Assembly: GCA_963760795.1 (NCBI GenBank)
Contig: CAVXEP010000022.1
Coordinates: 192,001-256,000, forward strand
DNA: 64,000 bases
Direction of reading: 5' to 3'
Origin: an uncultured delta proteobacterium
GTDB lineage: Bacteria > Desulfobacterota > Binatia > UBA9968
Every line of letters begins with the position of its first letter. Positions within the stretch are counted from its first letter, which is position 1. Position numbers and translations under genes: made by a program. The notes beneath the pieces are model-generated. The model was not told the DNA's origin. It worked only from the letters and a program-made list of their open reading frames with translations, and made no database searches. Positions 1 to 10,262 of this stretch are shown one piece after another.

Positions 1-754
1 CCACGGCGGCGTCCTTGTTCTCGAACAACCAGCGCATCGCCAGCACATGGGCTTTCATGAAGCGTACCGTAGTCGGACGATTCTTTTCCGCCCAAGCGCG
101 GCGCACGACAAATGCATTGGTCTGAAAATGCGGGATGCCGTCGCTTAGCTTGCCGAGGATATTGAACCCGGCCTCTTGAGCGGCGTAGTTCAGCGGCGCG
201 GCCATCGTCGTCGCGGCGATCTGTCCCGCCTGCAGCGCGGCGAGATTGGCCGACGAACCACCGGCGATGATCAACAGTTTGTAGTCGCGCGGATATTCCA
301 ACCCTTTGAGTTTGAGAGCTTCGCGCATGGCCGTGACGATGCCGCCGGTCAGCGATGACGTGCCGAAGGTCGCACCGCGCAGATCTTCGTAGGTTTTGTA
401 ATTCTTGCCCGCAACCAAGAACTGCGCGATACCGTTGATGATGCCGCCAATGACGATGAAGTCGAGACCGCGCTCCGAGGCCTCGATGTAAGGCTCCGGC
501 CCGCCGGAGCCGAAGTGCAGCGAGTTGGCCGCCAGCGCTTGCACGGTCATCGGCACGCCGCGCAGGAGGACGAGCTGCACGTCCAAACCTTGCTGCTCGA
601 AAAACCCTTTTTTCGCCGCTACCCAGAGCGGGCTGTAGCCTAGAGTCTTGCTCGTGGCGCCGAGATAAATTTTCGGCCGCTCCTGCGCCAGCCCAATATC
701 AAAAGCCCAAACGGCGCAAAAGAGAATGATCGTCACGCGGCGTCGAACGGCCAT
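1..754 (-). CDS. NMT1/THI5 (SsuA/TauA)-like ABC substrate-binding protein, 3' end beyond window
   Basis: Not in ORF track. Manual translation from ATG 754 (RBS GGAGGT): MAVRRRVTIILFCAVWAFDIGLAQERPKIYLGATSKTLGYSPLWVAAKKGFFEQQGLDVQLV...; signal peptide and GFF..GLDV motif. Confidence 0.85.
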   Translation of the reverse strand, partial: MAVRRRVTIILFCAVWAFDIGLAQERPKIYLGATSKTLGYSPLWVAAKKGFFEQQGLDVQLVLLRGVPMTVQALAANSLHFGSGGPEPYIEASERGLDFIVIGGIINGIAQFLVAGKNYKTYEDLRGATFGTSSLTGGIVTAMREALKLKGLEYPRDYKLLIIAGGSSANLAALQAGQIAATTMAAPLNYAAQEAGFNILGKLSDGIPHFQTNAFVVRRAWAEKNRPTTVRFMKAHVLAMRWLFENKDAAV

Positions 755-1001
755 GTTACCTCCCAGCCAAACGATCGCGATTTCAAGGTATCGCTTGACC
801 GAGCTTTACAACGACGCTGATTGAACTTTCAAGACATGACCGAGGAATTCATGGGCTTACCGAAACTACCTTTAATGACGTTCGACGATTGACCGCTCCG
901 CCCGCGAATATTTTCCCCGGCTACCGTAATTATTACAGGCCGGAATTCCGTTCCGGCCGCAGGGGCGTGGAGATATCAAGCACTTAGCCCGCCGGGCTCG
1001 C

Positions 1002-1017
1002 TGGCATGTCGGTTGCT
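1002..1017 (+). promoter_or_regulatory. sigma54 (-24/-12) promoter
   Basis: TGGCATGTCGGTTGCT: GG-N10-GC with TTGC, 45 nt upstream of ATG 1062. Confidence 0.7.
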
Positions 1018-1061
1018 CAATTACCCTGCGACCTGACGGAGCAAAGGATACTGGAGGCAAA

Positions 1062-1409
1062 ATGAACAAGCTAAAAAAATTCGCCATGGCAACGTTGATC
1101 GTGGCGGCAGTGAATACGACGGGATGCGCCGGCGGCCAATTAACGACCCGAGAAAAAGGCGCGGGCATCGGCGCTCTCGGCGGTGCCGCGGGCGGCGCCT
1201 TGATCGGTTCAGCCATGGGGCGTCCGGGTGCGGGCGCGGCCATCGGCGCCGGTGTGGGGCTGGCCGGTGGAGCCCTGGTTGGCGACTACATGCAGGGCAA
1301 AGAGCAAGCCCAGCAGTACGAATCCAATCAGCAGACCATCCAACAAAACCAGCGCACCATCGACCGCAACAATCAACAGATTCTACGGCCATCGAGAGCC
1401 GAGTATTGA
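1062..1409 (+). CDS. Glycine-zipper lipoprotein
   Basis: Lipobox-like TTGC, GAGIGALGGAAGGALIG...GAAIGAGVG glycine zipper, Gln-rich tail; RBS GGAGG. Confidence 0.8.
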   Translation: MNKLKKFAMATLIVAAVNTTGCAGGQLTTREKGAGIGALGGAAGGALIGSAMGRPGAGAAIGAGVGLAGGALVGDYMQGKEQAQQYESNQQTIQQNQRTIDRNNQQILRPSRAEY

Positions 1410-1453
1410 TCCAGAGCGCGATAAAAAACTAACTTAACCTAGGAGCACGGACT

Positions 1454-2155
1454 ATGAAAACAGCGAAACTTTTCACCCTATTATCCCTCGGCGCGGCCTT
1501 GATATTCACCCCCGGTACCGAGCGAATAGCCAGCGCAGATAAGGATTCACATCCGGTTTTCAAGGATCATCCTGGTAAACATAAAGGTTGGGACAAACAC
1601 GATCAGCATCACGACAAGGACAACCATGGCAAACACAAGGGTTGGGACAAACATGATCGGCGCCACCACCGAGCCGCCGATGGTAAGCGCGAACATCACC
1701 ACGACCGCTATGCCGATGCCCAGCATGAGCGGCATCACGCCCATAGGATTAGCAGCCGCACCTCGGACGGCTACTGGCACCACCATGACCGCTCTCCACG
1801 CCATTTCCATTATTCGCGCAGACCCGCGCCGGTTCCGCCGCACCGCCACGGCCGAGAGGTTGCCCGGCTTGACGACCGCGGCCGCCAGTACAAGCCAGCG
1901 ACCGGCAAAGATTACCAAGCTATCGACAACGCACGAAAAGAGATTAGCGACGGCCGCGACCAGCTGCGCAATCAACAGACGGAGTTGAAAAATGATCGGG
2001 CTGAGCTGCGCCGCGATATCCGCAGCGGCGCCAGCAAAGACGAGATCATGAAGGACCGTCAGGAAATCCGCGACGACCAAGCGAGTATGCGCAAGACCCG
2101 CGAGGAGCTCGCCAACGACCGCGCCAGACTCGCCGCCGCCCGCCGCGGGAAATAA
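1454..2155 (+). CDS. Exported His/Arg/Asp-rich low-complexity protein with C-terminal coiled coil
   Basis: Signal peptide, GKHKGWDKHD repeated twice, many His, DRAELRRDIR-type helical tail; RBS AGGAG. Confidence 0.7.
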   Translation: MKTAKLFTLLSLGAALIFTPGTERIASADKDSHPVFKDHPGKHKGWDKHDQHHDKDNHGKHKGWDKHDRRHHRAADGKREHHHDRYADAQHERHHAHRISSRTSDGYWHHHDRSPRHFHYSRRPAPVPPHRHGREVARLDDRGRQYKPATGKDYQAIDNARKEISDGRDQLRNQQTELKNDRAELRRDIRSGASKDEIMKDRQEIRDDQASMRKTREELANDRARLAAARRGK

Positions 2156-2407
2156 AGTTGAGTCTAAGTAGCCGCTAACAACGCCCCCGTTCCCAATCCC
2201 TAAGCCTGGCCGCAGCGATGACTGCGGCCAGGCTCCTACCACTCACCACCTTGGGCCGCCGGCAGACTTCCGCGCTTAAGCTCCTTGCACCCTTTGCCTG
2301 TACGTTTCCGATTCTGCCTCGCACTGTTGCTGCAACCATTATCCGGTTGTGTCTCCAAACGATCGCGATTAAGGTAAAGCGAATTTCTTGTGGAGGTCCA
2401 TCGAGAC

Positions 2408-3430
2408 ATGGCGATCAAGCGCTACAACTCCGGGATTCAGCGGGCTAAAGGGTTACTGGAAATCGCGGCGGGGCTTTACGACAGTTCCTTATCCCACGAA
2501 ACACGCCGCGCCGCCGAGGGCGTTTTGCAAACCGACACCCGCGTCGGTCGAGTGTTTCGCCTTTCCCTGGGTGTAAGATCAACCGATCCCACCGATGACG
2601 TCCCGGTTTCATTCGCCACCGGCAGTTTGACTGAGATCATCGCCGTCGCCGAAGGCAAATACTCACTAGCCTGGGTCAATCCGTCGGCGATGCTGACCAT
2701 GGCCTACCGAGGCAAGGGGCCGTTCAAAAAGCGGCTGCCGCTCAAAACCATCGCCACCTTCCCTTCCTTCGATGTCATGGGCTTCGCCGTCCGTAAATCC
2801 ACCGGCATCACGTCTCTGGAGCAAATCAAACAGCAACGAGTTCCGCTGCGCGTGTCCACTGGTTATCTGCCCAAAAGCGATCTCACCGGCAGCGCTACCA
2901 TGTTCACGGTGTCGGCGACCTTGAAAGCCGCCGGCTTCACCCTCGCCGACATTAAGAAATGGGGCGGCAAGATTCATTCGGTGCCGCGGCCAAGCGATCC
3001 CAGCCGGCGCGCCGCCATCGAGGATGGTTCGATCGACGCGGTGTTCGACGAAGGGATAAAGAGCTGGGGTCAAACTGCCATCGACAATGGGTTCCGCTAT
3101 CTGCCCATCGATGGCGCCGTGCTCAAACAATTAAAATCTCTGGGCTACCGCTCCAGTGCCATGTCCCGTTGTGGCTTTCGCGGCATGCCGGGTGAGGTTC
3201 CAACCGTCGACTTCAGCGGCTGGCCGATGATCGTGCACGCCGAACTGCCCAACGAAGTTGCCTACGCGCTCTGCGAAGCGATCGAGCTTCGCAAGGAGGC
3301 GATCCCCACAGATAATTTTAAGAAACTCGACATCGCGCAGCTTTGCCGCAATGACAACGAAGCGCCCTACGATGTCCCGCTCCACCCTGGGGCCAAGCGC
3401 TTCTATCGCGATCGCGGTTATCTCAAGTAG
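2408..3430 (+). CDS. TAXI-family (NMT1_3-like) solute receptor-fold protein without signal peptide
   Basis: GITSLEQI, AIEDGSIDA, HAELPNEVAY and VPLHPGAKRFY motifs typical of TAXI; RBS GGAGGT before ATG 2408. Confidence 0.75.
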   Translation: MAIKRYNSGIQRAKGLLEIAAGLYDSSLSHETRRAAEGVLQTDTRVGRVFRLSLGVRSTDPTDDVPVSFATGSLTEIIAVAEGKYSLAWVNPSAMLTMAYRGKGPFKKRLPLKTIATFPSFDVMGFAVRKSTGITSLEQIKQQRVPLRVSTGYLPKSDLTGSATMFTVSATLKAAGFTLADIKKWGGKIHSVPRPSDPSRRAAIEDGSIDAVFDEGIKSWGQTAIDNGFRYLPIDGAVLKQLKSLGYRSSAMSRCGFRGMPGEVPTVDFSGWPMIVHAELPNEVAYALCEAIELRKEAIPTDNFKKLDIAQLCRNDNEAPYDVPLHPGAKRFYRDRGYLK

Positions 3431-3499
3431 TCGCTGGCGCAATCGCAAGTTGCCGGCATACCGGCAACTGTAGTAATAATCTACCGTCAAATCGAAGCC

Positions 3500-5045
3500 A
3501 TGGACGGACAACCGACATCTCTACAGCCATACAACGCTGCGGTCGATCTGATCGATCGCAACTTAGCGGCACGACCGGATAAGATCGCCTATATCGACGA
3601 ACACGGCAGTTACAGCTTTGCCGAGCTGGCGCAACGGGTGAATCGCGCCGCCAACGCGTTGACCGATCTCGGCCTACCGATGGAATGCCGCGTCATGGTA
3701 GCGCTCCTCGACACCATCGACTTTCCGGTAGTTTTTCTCGGTGCCATCAAAGCCGGCCTTATTCCCGTCGCGGTCAATACTTTACTGACGAGCAACGACT
3801 TCGACTTCATGCTGCGCGACAGCCGGGCCCAAGCATTGATCGTTTCGGCGCCGCTCTTGCCAGTCTTCGAGCCGATCTTGGGCAATCAGCCGTCTGTCAA
3901 ACAGGTCGTCGTATCCGGCGCCAATGAGTCCAAGTATCCATCGTTGACCGAATCAATTGGCCCGAGCCTCGAGCGAATTTACCGCCGCCCCCACCCGCAG
4001 CGACGATCCCTGCTTTTGGCTCTACTCATCCGGATCGACGGGAACACCGAAGGGCACCGTCCACGTACAGTCGAGCATGAGCAAAACCGCCGAGCTCTAC
4101 GCCCAACCGATTCTCGGCATTCAAGAAAGCGATGTGGTCTTCTCCGCTGCCAAATTGTTTTTCGCCTACGGCCTCGGCAACGCATTGAGCTTTCCGCTCT
4201 CCGTTGGCGCGACGACAATTCTTTTAAGCGAACGGCCGACGCCGCAGTCGGTCTGCCGCATATTGCAAGAATACCGCCCGACGATTTTTTACGGTGTACC
4301 GACGCTTTACAGCGCGCTGCTCGCCAGCGGCGAACTGCCCAAGCGCGATGAATCGAATTTGCGCCGCTGCACCTCCGCCGGGGAAGCGCTGCCGCCTGAT
4401 GTCGGCCGGCGCTGGTTCGAACACTTCGGCGTCGATATCCTCGACGGCTTGGGTTCGACGGAGATGCTGCATATTTTTCTATCGAACCGCCCGGACGCCA
4501 ACCGCTACGGCACTTCCGGCACTCCCGTGCCAGGCTACCAAATCCGTTTACTCGACGAGGAAGGAAAAGCTGTAGCAAAAGGCGATCTCGGCGAGTTGCA
4601 TGTCAATGGCCCGACGAGCGCCGCCTGTTACTGGAACAACCGGGAAAAAAGCCGCAATACATTTATCGGCCCATGGACCAAAAGCGGCGACAAGTATATC
4701 GAGAGCGAAGACGGCTACTTCACCTACGGCGGCCGCGCCGACGACATGCTCAAAGTCAGCGGTATCTGGGTTTCGCCTTTCGAGGTGGAATCGGCGCTGT
4801 GTTCCCACGCCGCCGTGCTCGAAGCCGCCGTGGTCGGCCATGCCGATGACAACGGCCTGATCAAACCGAAAGCCTTCGTGGTGCTTCGGCCAAACACCCC
4901 GCAAAGCGAGGATCTCGCCACTGCGCTGCAACAACATGTCAAAGGCCAACTGGCGCCGTACAAATATCCCCGCTGGATTGAATTCGTCGCCGAATTACCC
5001 AAGACGGCTACGGGAAAAATTCAACGCTTCAAGCTACGCGCTTGA
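3500..5045 (+). CDS. Benzoate-CoA ligase family protein (frameshift near 3956)
   Basis: YNAAVDL N-terminus, FWLYSSGSTGTPKG, KLFFAYGLGN, DGLGSTEMLHIFLSN, LPKTATGKIQR; ORFs 3500 and 3957 join with one indel. Confidence 0.9.
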
Positions 5046-5093
5046 AATCCATCCCGTTTGTGGCACAAAAAGAACAGCTCTGCGGAGGAAACA

Positions 5094-6272
5094 ATGAAAC
5101 TTACGCGTCGTAAATTCCTGACTCAGACCAGCCTGCTCATCGCGACTACGTTGTTGCCATGGTCGTTCGCCATCGCCCAGGCGCAACGGATCCGCGTCGG
5201 CCTGATGCTGCCCTACTCCGGGACCTATGCGCAGCTCGGCACCGCGATCACCAACGGCTTCAAACTGGCGGTGACCGAACGTAGCGGTAAACTCGGCGGA
5301 CGGGAATTGGAATTCTTCACCGTCGACGACGAAGCCGAACCATCCAAGGCGCCTGAGAACACCAACAAGCTAGTCCAGCGCGACAAGGTTGACGTGCTCG
5401 TCGGCACCGTGCATAGCGGCGTGCAGATGGGAATGGTTAAGATAGCCAAAGAAACCAACACGCTGATGATCATCCCCAACGCCGGCCTCGACGCTGCCAC
5501 CGGCGCGCTGTGCGCGTCGAATATTTTTCGCACGTCGTTTTCCAACTGGCAGCCGTCCTATCCAATGGGCAAAGTGCTCGCCGATCGCGGCATTCGCAAC
5601 GTCGTTTCGCTGGCGTGGAAATACGGCGCCGGCGAAGAAGCGGTTGCCGGCTTCACCGAAGGATTCATCAAAGCCGGCGGCAAGTCCGTGCGCGGGCTAT
5701 GGATACCGTTCCCGAATGCTGAATTTCAAGCGTTGCTGACAGAGATAGCCTCGCTCAAACCCGACGCCGTGTTCGTATTCTTTGCCGGTGCCGGTGCTGC
5801 CAAATTCGTCAGGGATTATGCTGCCGCAGGTTTACGGAAAACTATTCCGCTCTATGGCTCGGGATTCCTGACCGACGGCATCTTGGACGCGATCCAAGAC
5901 TCTGGGCAAGGCCTGGAGACGACTTTGCACTACGCCGACGGTTTGAACAGCAAACGTGATAAAGAGTTCCGGGCCGCCTACACTAAAGCATTTACTAGCG
6001 AACCCGATGTCTACGCGGTCCAAGGTTATGACGCGGCACTGCTCCTCACCACCGGCCTCGACGCTGTGAAAGGCGATTTTACCAAACGCAAGGAAATGAT
6101 CGCAGCAATGGAAAAAGCCAAGATCGATAGTCCACGCGGCCCATGGACCATGTCGAAAGCGCACAATCCGATCCAGGACATCTACCTGCGCAAAGTTGTC
6201 GGCAAAGAAAATCGCCTCGTCAGCATAGCCCATAAGGCGCTGGCCGACCCAGCGCGGGGATGTAAACTCTAG
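5094..6272 (+). CDS. LivK-type ABC substrate-binding protein (aromatic acid type), Tat signal
   Basis: MKLTRRKFL twin-arginine motif; GLMLPYSGTYA, GTVHSGV, DSPRG; follows benzoate-CoA ligase. Confidence 0.9.
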   Translation: MKLTRRKFLTQTSLLIATTLLPWSFAIAQAQRIRVGLMLPYSGTYAQLGTAITNGFKLAVTERSGKLGGRELEFFTVDDEAEPSKAPENTNKLVQRDKVDVLVGTVHSGVQMGMVKIAKETNTLMIIPNAGLDAATGALCASNIFRTSFSNWQPSYPMGKVLADRGIRNVVSLAWKYGAGEEAVAGFTEGFIKAGGKSVRGLWIPFPNAEFQALLTEIASLKPDAVFVFFAGAGAAKFVRDYAAAGLRKTIPLYGSGFLTDGILDAIQDSGQGLETTLHYADGLNSKRDKEFRAAYTKAFTSEPDVYAVQGYDAALLLTTGLDAVKGDFTKRKEMIAAMEKAKIDSPRGPWTMSKAHNPIQDIYLRKVVGKENRLVSIAHKALADPARGCKL

Positions 6273-6290
6273 CGGCGGCTTCGCCGCCGC

Positions 6291-6390
6291 GTTCCGATAT
6301 AGTTCCACTTGTTCCAGAAGTTCCACTCAGTCAACGCAGAACGCATATAATCCGTCTGGAACGATTGGAACCTGTGGAACTACTGGAACT
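6291..6390. repeat. Inverted arrays of short tandem repeats (GTTCCA x4 / TGGAAC x4, about 9-nt period)
   Basis: gttccg/gttcca at 6291, 6302, 6311, 6320 and tggaac at 6357, 6366, 6375, 6384. Confidence 0.7.
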
Positions 6391-6402
6391 AAATCTTCGC
6401 CG

Positions 6403-7260
6403 ATGTTCTATTTGATTCAGTTACTAAACGCAGTCCAGTACGGTCTTCTGCTCTTCCTTCTATCTAGCGGCCTGACCCTCATCTTCGGCATCATGGGCGT
6501 GATCAATCTCGCCCATGGCAGTTTCTACATGGTCGGCGCCTACCTGACCTATTGGCTGGCGAAAATGACCGGCAGTCTATGGCTCGCCATTCCCATCGGC
6601 GTTACTATCGTGTTCGCCATCGGCCTGCTCCTTGAAACGACCATCATCCGCCGGCTTTATTCTCGCGACCACCTCTATCAAGTGTTGCTCACCTTCGGTT
6701 TGATCCTGATGTTTGAAGAGCTGCGCAGCATTGTTTTTGGCGATGAGGTTCACGGCGTCGCGGTGCCGGAAATTCTGAACTATTCTATTGCGTTAACCGA
6801 CATCCTCGCCTATCCCGTCTACCGGCTCTTTGTCACGGCGGTTTGTTTAGCCATCGCCGCCATCCTGTTTTTCGTCATTCACAAAACCCGTGCCGGCATG
6901 ATGATCCGCGCCGGTAATAGCAATCGGGAGATGGCCGCGGCGCTGGGCGTCAACATTCCGCTGCTCTTTGCTCTGGTTTTCGCCTGCGGCATGGCGCTGG
7001 CAGCGTTCGCAGGCGCTATCGCCGCGCCGATCACGTCGGTCGCGCCGGCCATGGGCAATCAGGTTCTGATCCTCTGCTTCGTCGTCGTGGTCATCGGCGG
7101 CATCGGCTCGATCAACGGCGCCCTGATCGCCTCGCTCCTCATCGGCCTCGCCGATACCCTTGGCAAAGTGCTGGCGCCGGAATATTCCGGCGTCGCCGTT
7201 TATCTTTTGATGGCGGCGATTCTCCTGTGGCGGCCCCAGGGGCTGGCCAACCGATCGTAA
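6403..7260 (+). CDS. livH: Branched-chain amino acid-type ABC permease
   Basis: GLTLIFGIMGVINLAHG, VVVVIGGIGSI, RPQGL. Confidence 0.92.
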   Translation: MFYLIQLLNAVQYGLLLFLLSSGLTLIFGIMGVINLAHGSFYMVGAYLTYWLAKMTGSLWLAIPIGVTIVFAIGLLLETTIIRRLYSRDHLYQVLLTFGLILMFEELRSIVFGDEVHGVAVPEILNYSIALTDILAYPVYRLFVTAVCLAIAAILFFVIHKTRAGMMIRAGNSNREMAAALGVNIPLLFALVFACGMALAAFAGAIAAPITSVAPAMGNQVLILCFVVVVIGGIGSINGALIASLLIGLADTLGKVLAPEYSGVAVYLLMAAILLWRPQGLANRS

Positions 7261-7266
7261 ACTCCT

Positions 7267-8268
7267 GTGACCCATAGCTCACTACCGCGCTGGTTTTTGT
7301 TAAGCGTCGTGCTGCTGTTCGCCTTGGTGCCGCTGGGCGCGACGACTTATTATCTCCAACTTGGCGCCAAAATCATGATCATGGCGATCTTCGCCTTGAG
7401 TCTCGATCTGCTTATCGGCCATACCGGATTGGTTAGCTTCGGCCACTCCGCCTACTTCGGCGTGGCGGCTTATGCGCTAGCACTGATCACACCGAAATAT
7501 GAAGCGGCCAGTTTCTGGCTCACTCTTCCCGCAGCCATGACCGCCGCCGCTTGCGCCGCTCTCGTCATTGGCTTCTTGGTCGTGCGCACCGCGGGCATCT
7601 ATTTCATCATGGTCACCCTCGCCTTTGCACAAATGCTCTACGCGATCTTCCACGACACCAAACTGGGCGGCGGCTCCGATGGCATCTACATCAATGTCCG
7701 GCCAGAATTGACCGTTGCCGGCTTTAAGCCCATCGATCTCGAAAGTCCGGCGCAGTTTTTCTATTTGGCGCTGATCGCTTTGATCGCCGCCTATTGGATT
7801 TTGAATAAGGTTTTGCACGCCCCCCTCGGTCGCGCGCTCGCCGGTATCCGCGTTAACGAGCAGCGCATGCGCGCCATCGGATTTCCGGTCTTCTCGTACA
7901 AGCTCGGCGCATTCACCCTCGCCGGCGCCCTCGCCGGTCTCGCCGGTTATCTCGCCGCCTGCCAGTTCGGCTTCGTCAATCCGGAGATCTTGGCCTGGCA
8001 CCAATCCGGCACCGTGCTGATGATGGTGATCTTGGGCGGCATGGGCCGGCTTCACGGCGCGGTCATCGGCGCGGCGGCGTATGTCTTGTTGCAGGAATTA
8101 TTTTCTTCGTCGGCGCTCTTCGGCGTCTATGCCAAGCACTGGCAATTGTTCATGGGCGGCTTGATCGTCCTCATCGTACTTGCGCTACCGCACGGCATCG
8201 GCGGACTGATCGATGTCGCCTGGCGCCGCCGCGGCGGCGAATTGAACGCAGAGAACGCCGATGACTGA
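7267..8268 (+). CDS. livM: Branched-chain amino acid-type ABC permease
   Basis: GHTGLVSFGHSAYFG, GIYFIMVTLAFAQ, MVILGG. Confidence 0.92.
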   Translation: MTHSSLPRWFLLSVVLLFALVPLGATTYYLQLGAKIMIMAIFALSLDLLIGHTGLVSFGHSAYFGVAAYALALITPKYEAASFWLTLPAAMTAAACAALVIGFLVVRTAGIYFIMVTLAFAQMLYAIFHDTKLGGGSDGIYINVRPELTVAGFKPIDLESPAQFFYLALIALIAAYWILNKVLHAPLGRALAGIRVNEQRMRAIGFPVFSYKLGAFTLAGALAGLAGYLAACQFGFVNPEILAWHQSGTVLMMVILGGMGRLHGAVIGAAAYVLLQELFSSSALFGVYAKHWQLFMGGLIVLIVLALPHGIGGLIDVAWRRRGGELNAENADD

Positions 8269-9019
8269 AACGATTTTACAGGTTCGCAACCTCACCAAGC
8301 ACTTCGGCGGCCTGGCCGCCGTTGGAAACGTAACTTTGGAAGTTCGCCCCGGCGAATTACATGCGATCATCGGCCCCAACGGCGCCGGCAAGTCGACACT
8401 CATAAACCTGCTTTCGGGCGAACTACGCGCGTCATCGGGTCAAATCATTTTCCAAGGACGAGATATCGGCTCGATGCCGCCGGAACAACGATCGCGTCTC
8501 GGCATCGGCCGCAGCTTTCAAAAGACCAACATATTTCCGAGTTTCACGGCGCTGGAGAATTGCCGCTTGGCGGCGCAATCCCGCGAACCGCATCCGTGGC
8601 GTTGGTTACGTCGGGCTCTGAGTTACCCATCGGTGCTGTCGAAAGCTCACCAAGCTCTAGCAGCGGTGGATTTAACCGCACGCGCCGACGCTCTCGCTCT
8701 CACGCTCAGCCACGGCGAACAGCGCCAACTCGAAATCGCCACGTGCCTGGCGACGGAACCTCAACTGTTATTACTCGACGAACCGCTTGCCGGCATGGGC
8801 ACGGAAGAGTCGTTGAACATGGTCCAGCTGATCAAACAACTGGCCGCCACGCACGCCGTCCTGCTGGTGGAGCATGACATGGATGCGGTATTTCAATTGG
8901 CCCAGAGGCTGACGGTGATGGTCGACGGACGTTTGCTTGCTTCAGGCACGCCCGAACAAATCCGCACTAATCGCGATGTGCAAGTCGCCTACCTTGGCGA
9001 TCTGGAAGGCCGGCGATGA
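8261..9019 (+). CDS. livG: ABC ATP-binding protein
   Basis: GPNGAGKST, LSHGEQR, LLLLDEP, VEHDM. Confidence 0.92.
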   Translation: MTETILQVRNLTKHFGGLAAVGNVTLEVRPGELHAIIGPNGAGKSTLINLLSGELRASSGQIIFQGRDIGSMPPEQRSRLGIGRSFQKTNIFPSFTALENCRLAAQSREPHPWRWLRRALSYPSVLSKAHQALAAVDLTARADALALTLSHGEQRQLEIATCLATEPQLLLLDEPLAGMGTEESLNMVQLIKQLAATHAVLLVEHDMDAVFQLAQRLTVMVDGRLLASGTPEQIRTNRDVQVAYLGDLEGRR

Positions 9020-9732
9020 ACGACGTAGCGATCGTCGCCGCACGCGAGCTGCACAGCTACTATGGCGCAAGCCATATTTTGCACGGTATCGATTTCTCCG
9101 TCCGGCCCGCTGAGGTGGTCGGCTTATTGGGTCGTAATGGCATGGGGAAAACGACTCTCATTCGCACGCTGCTCGGCCTGGTGCCGGCGCGCCGCGGCGA
9201 AGTATGGATCGACGGCAAGGCAATGACCAACGCCGCGCCGCATCGGATCGCCCGCCAAGGTATCGCCTACGTTCCCGAGGGGCGCGGTATTTTTCCCAAT
9301 CTAACGGTGCGGGAAAATCTCCTGATGGCGGCCCGCGCGACAACCAGCGGCCAAACTCTATGGAATTTCGATCGCGTCCTTGCAACCTTCCCGCGCCTGG
9401 CCGAGCGGCTTAGCCACGGTGGCCAACAGCTTTCCGGCGGCGAACAGCAAATGCTGTCCATCGGCCGCGCGCTGATGACCAACCCAAGACTCTTGATACT
9501 CGACGAAGCCACCGAAGGCTTGGCGCCGCTCATCGCCCGCGAGATCTGGCGCATCCTCGGCGTGATCCGTGGCACCGGCATCGCCGCCATCATCGTCGAC
9601 AAAAACTTCGCCGCGGTCTCCGCCATCGCCGATAGAAACGTGATCTTGGTTAAAGGCAGGATCGTCTTCGCAGGCAGCGGCAGCGAGCTGAGATCTCAAC
9701 CCGAACTCATGCAGCAGTATCTGGGCATCTAA
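9016..9732 (+). CDS. livF: ABC ATP-binding protein
   Basis: GRNGMGKTT, LSGGEQQML, LILDEATEGLAP. Confidence 0.92.
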   Translation: MNDVAIVAARELHSYYGASHILHGIDFSVRPAEVVGLLGRNGMGKTTLIRTLLGLVPARRGEVWIDGKAMTNAAPHRIARQGIAYVPEGRGIFPNLTVRENLLMAARATTSGQTLWNFDRVLATFPRLAERLSHGGQQLSGGEQQMLSIGRALMTNPRLLILDEATEGLAPLIAREIWRILGVIRGTGIAAIIVDKNFAAVSAIADRNVILVKGRIVFAGSGSELRSQPELMQQYLGI

Positions 9733-9817
9733 CTGTGACGCTTCACACTGTAGAATTACAAGTGAATTTCGCTGCCAGACCCGCAACTCGAAACCCGTAA
9801 CCGATTGTCAACCCGCT

Positions 9818-10165
9818 CTAAACCGGCCAGCCATGCTCGGAAAGATCGATAAGATTGCCGTCGGGATCGGCGATGCGATATTCCGCTTCTCGGTTGGGCG
9901 GCCGTTTCTGCACTTCGGTTTGCGCGCCGAGTTCCTTAGCGATCGGCCGCAACGCCTCGATGCTGTCGAGCTCCATGCCGAAGTGATAAAGCCCTTCTTT
10001 GTAGTGCGGCCGCTTTTCGATGATCGCCAGATTGATATAGCCGTCGGATAAGTAAATCGCCGGGCCGACGCCGTCGATAACTCTGAGACCGAAAGCTTCG
10101 GTGTAGAATTTCACCATCCGCTCGCGGTTCTCACTGACAATCGCTAGATGCCGGATCCTTGCCAT
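9818..10165 (-). CDS. VOC/glyoxalase family protein
   Basis: RIRHLAI, FYTEAFGL, GLYHFG, DPDGNLIDL. Confidence 0.85.
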   Translation of the reverse strand: MARIRHLAIVSENRERMVKFYTEAFGLRVIDGVGPAIYLSDGYINLAIIEKRPHYKEGLYHFGMELDSIEALRPIAKELGAQTEVQKRPPNREAEYRIADPDGNLIDLSEHGWPV

Positions 10166-10262
10166 GATTTTCTCCTTTGGCCAAATTATTAGGTAATCAA
10201 TCGCCGCCTGTCATTTCGATCAATCGCGGCTTCACAGCGAAGTCGTGATATTTTCAAACCGT

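Noticed and set aside
5061-5076. TGGCAC upstream of the LivK-type gene as a sigma54 promoter
   Set aside because: No GC at -12 (TGGCACAAAAAGAAC); the same applies to TGGCAC near 52565
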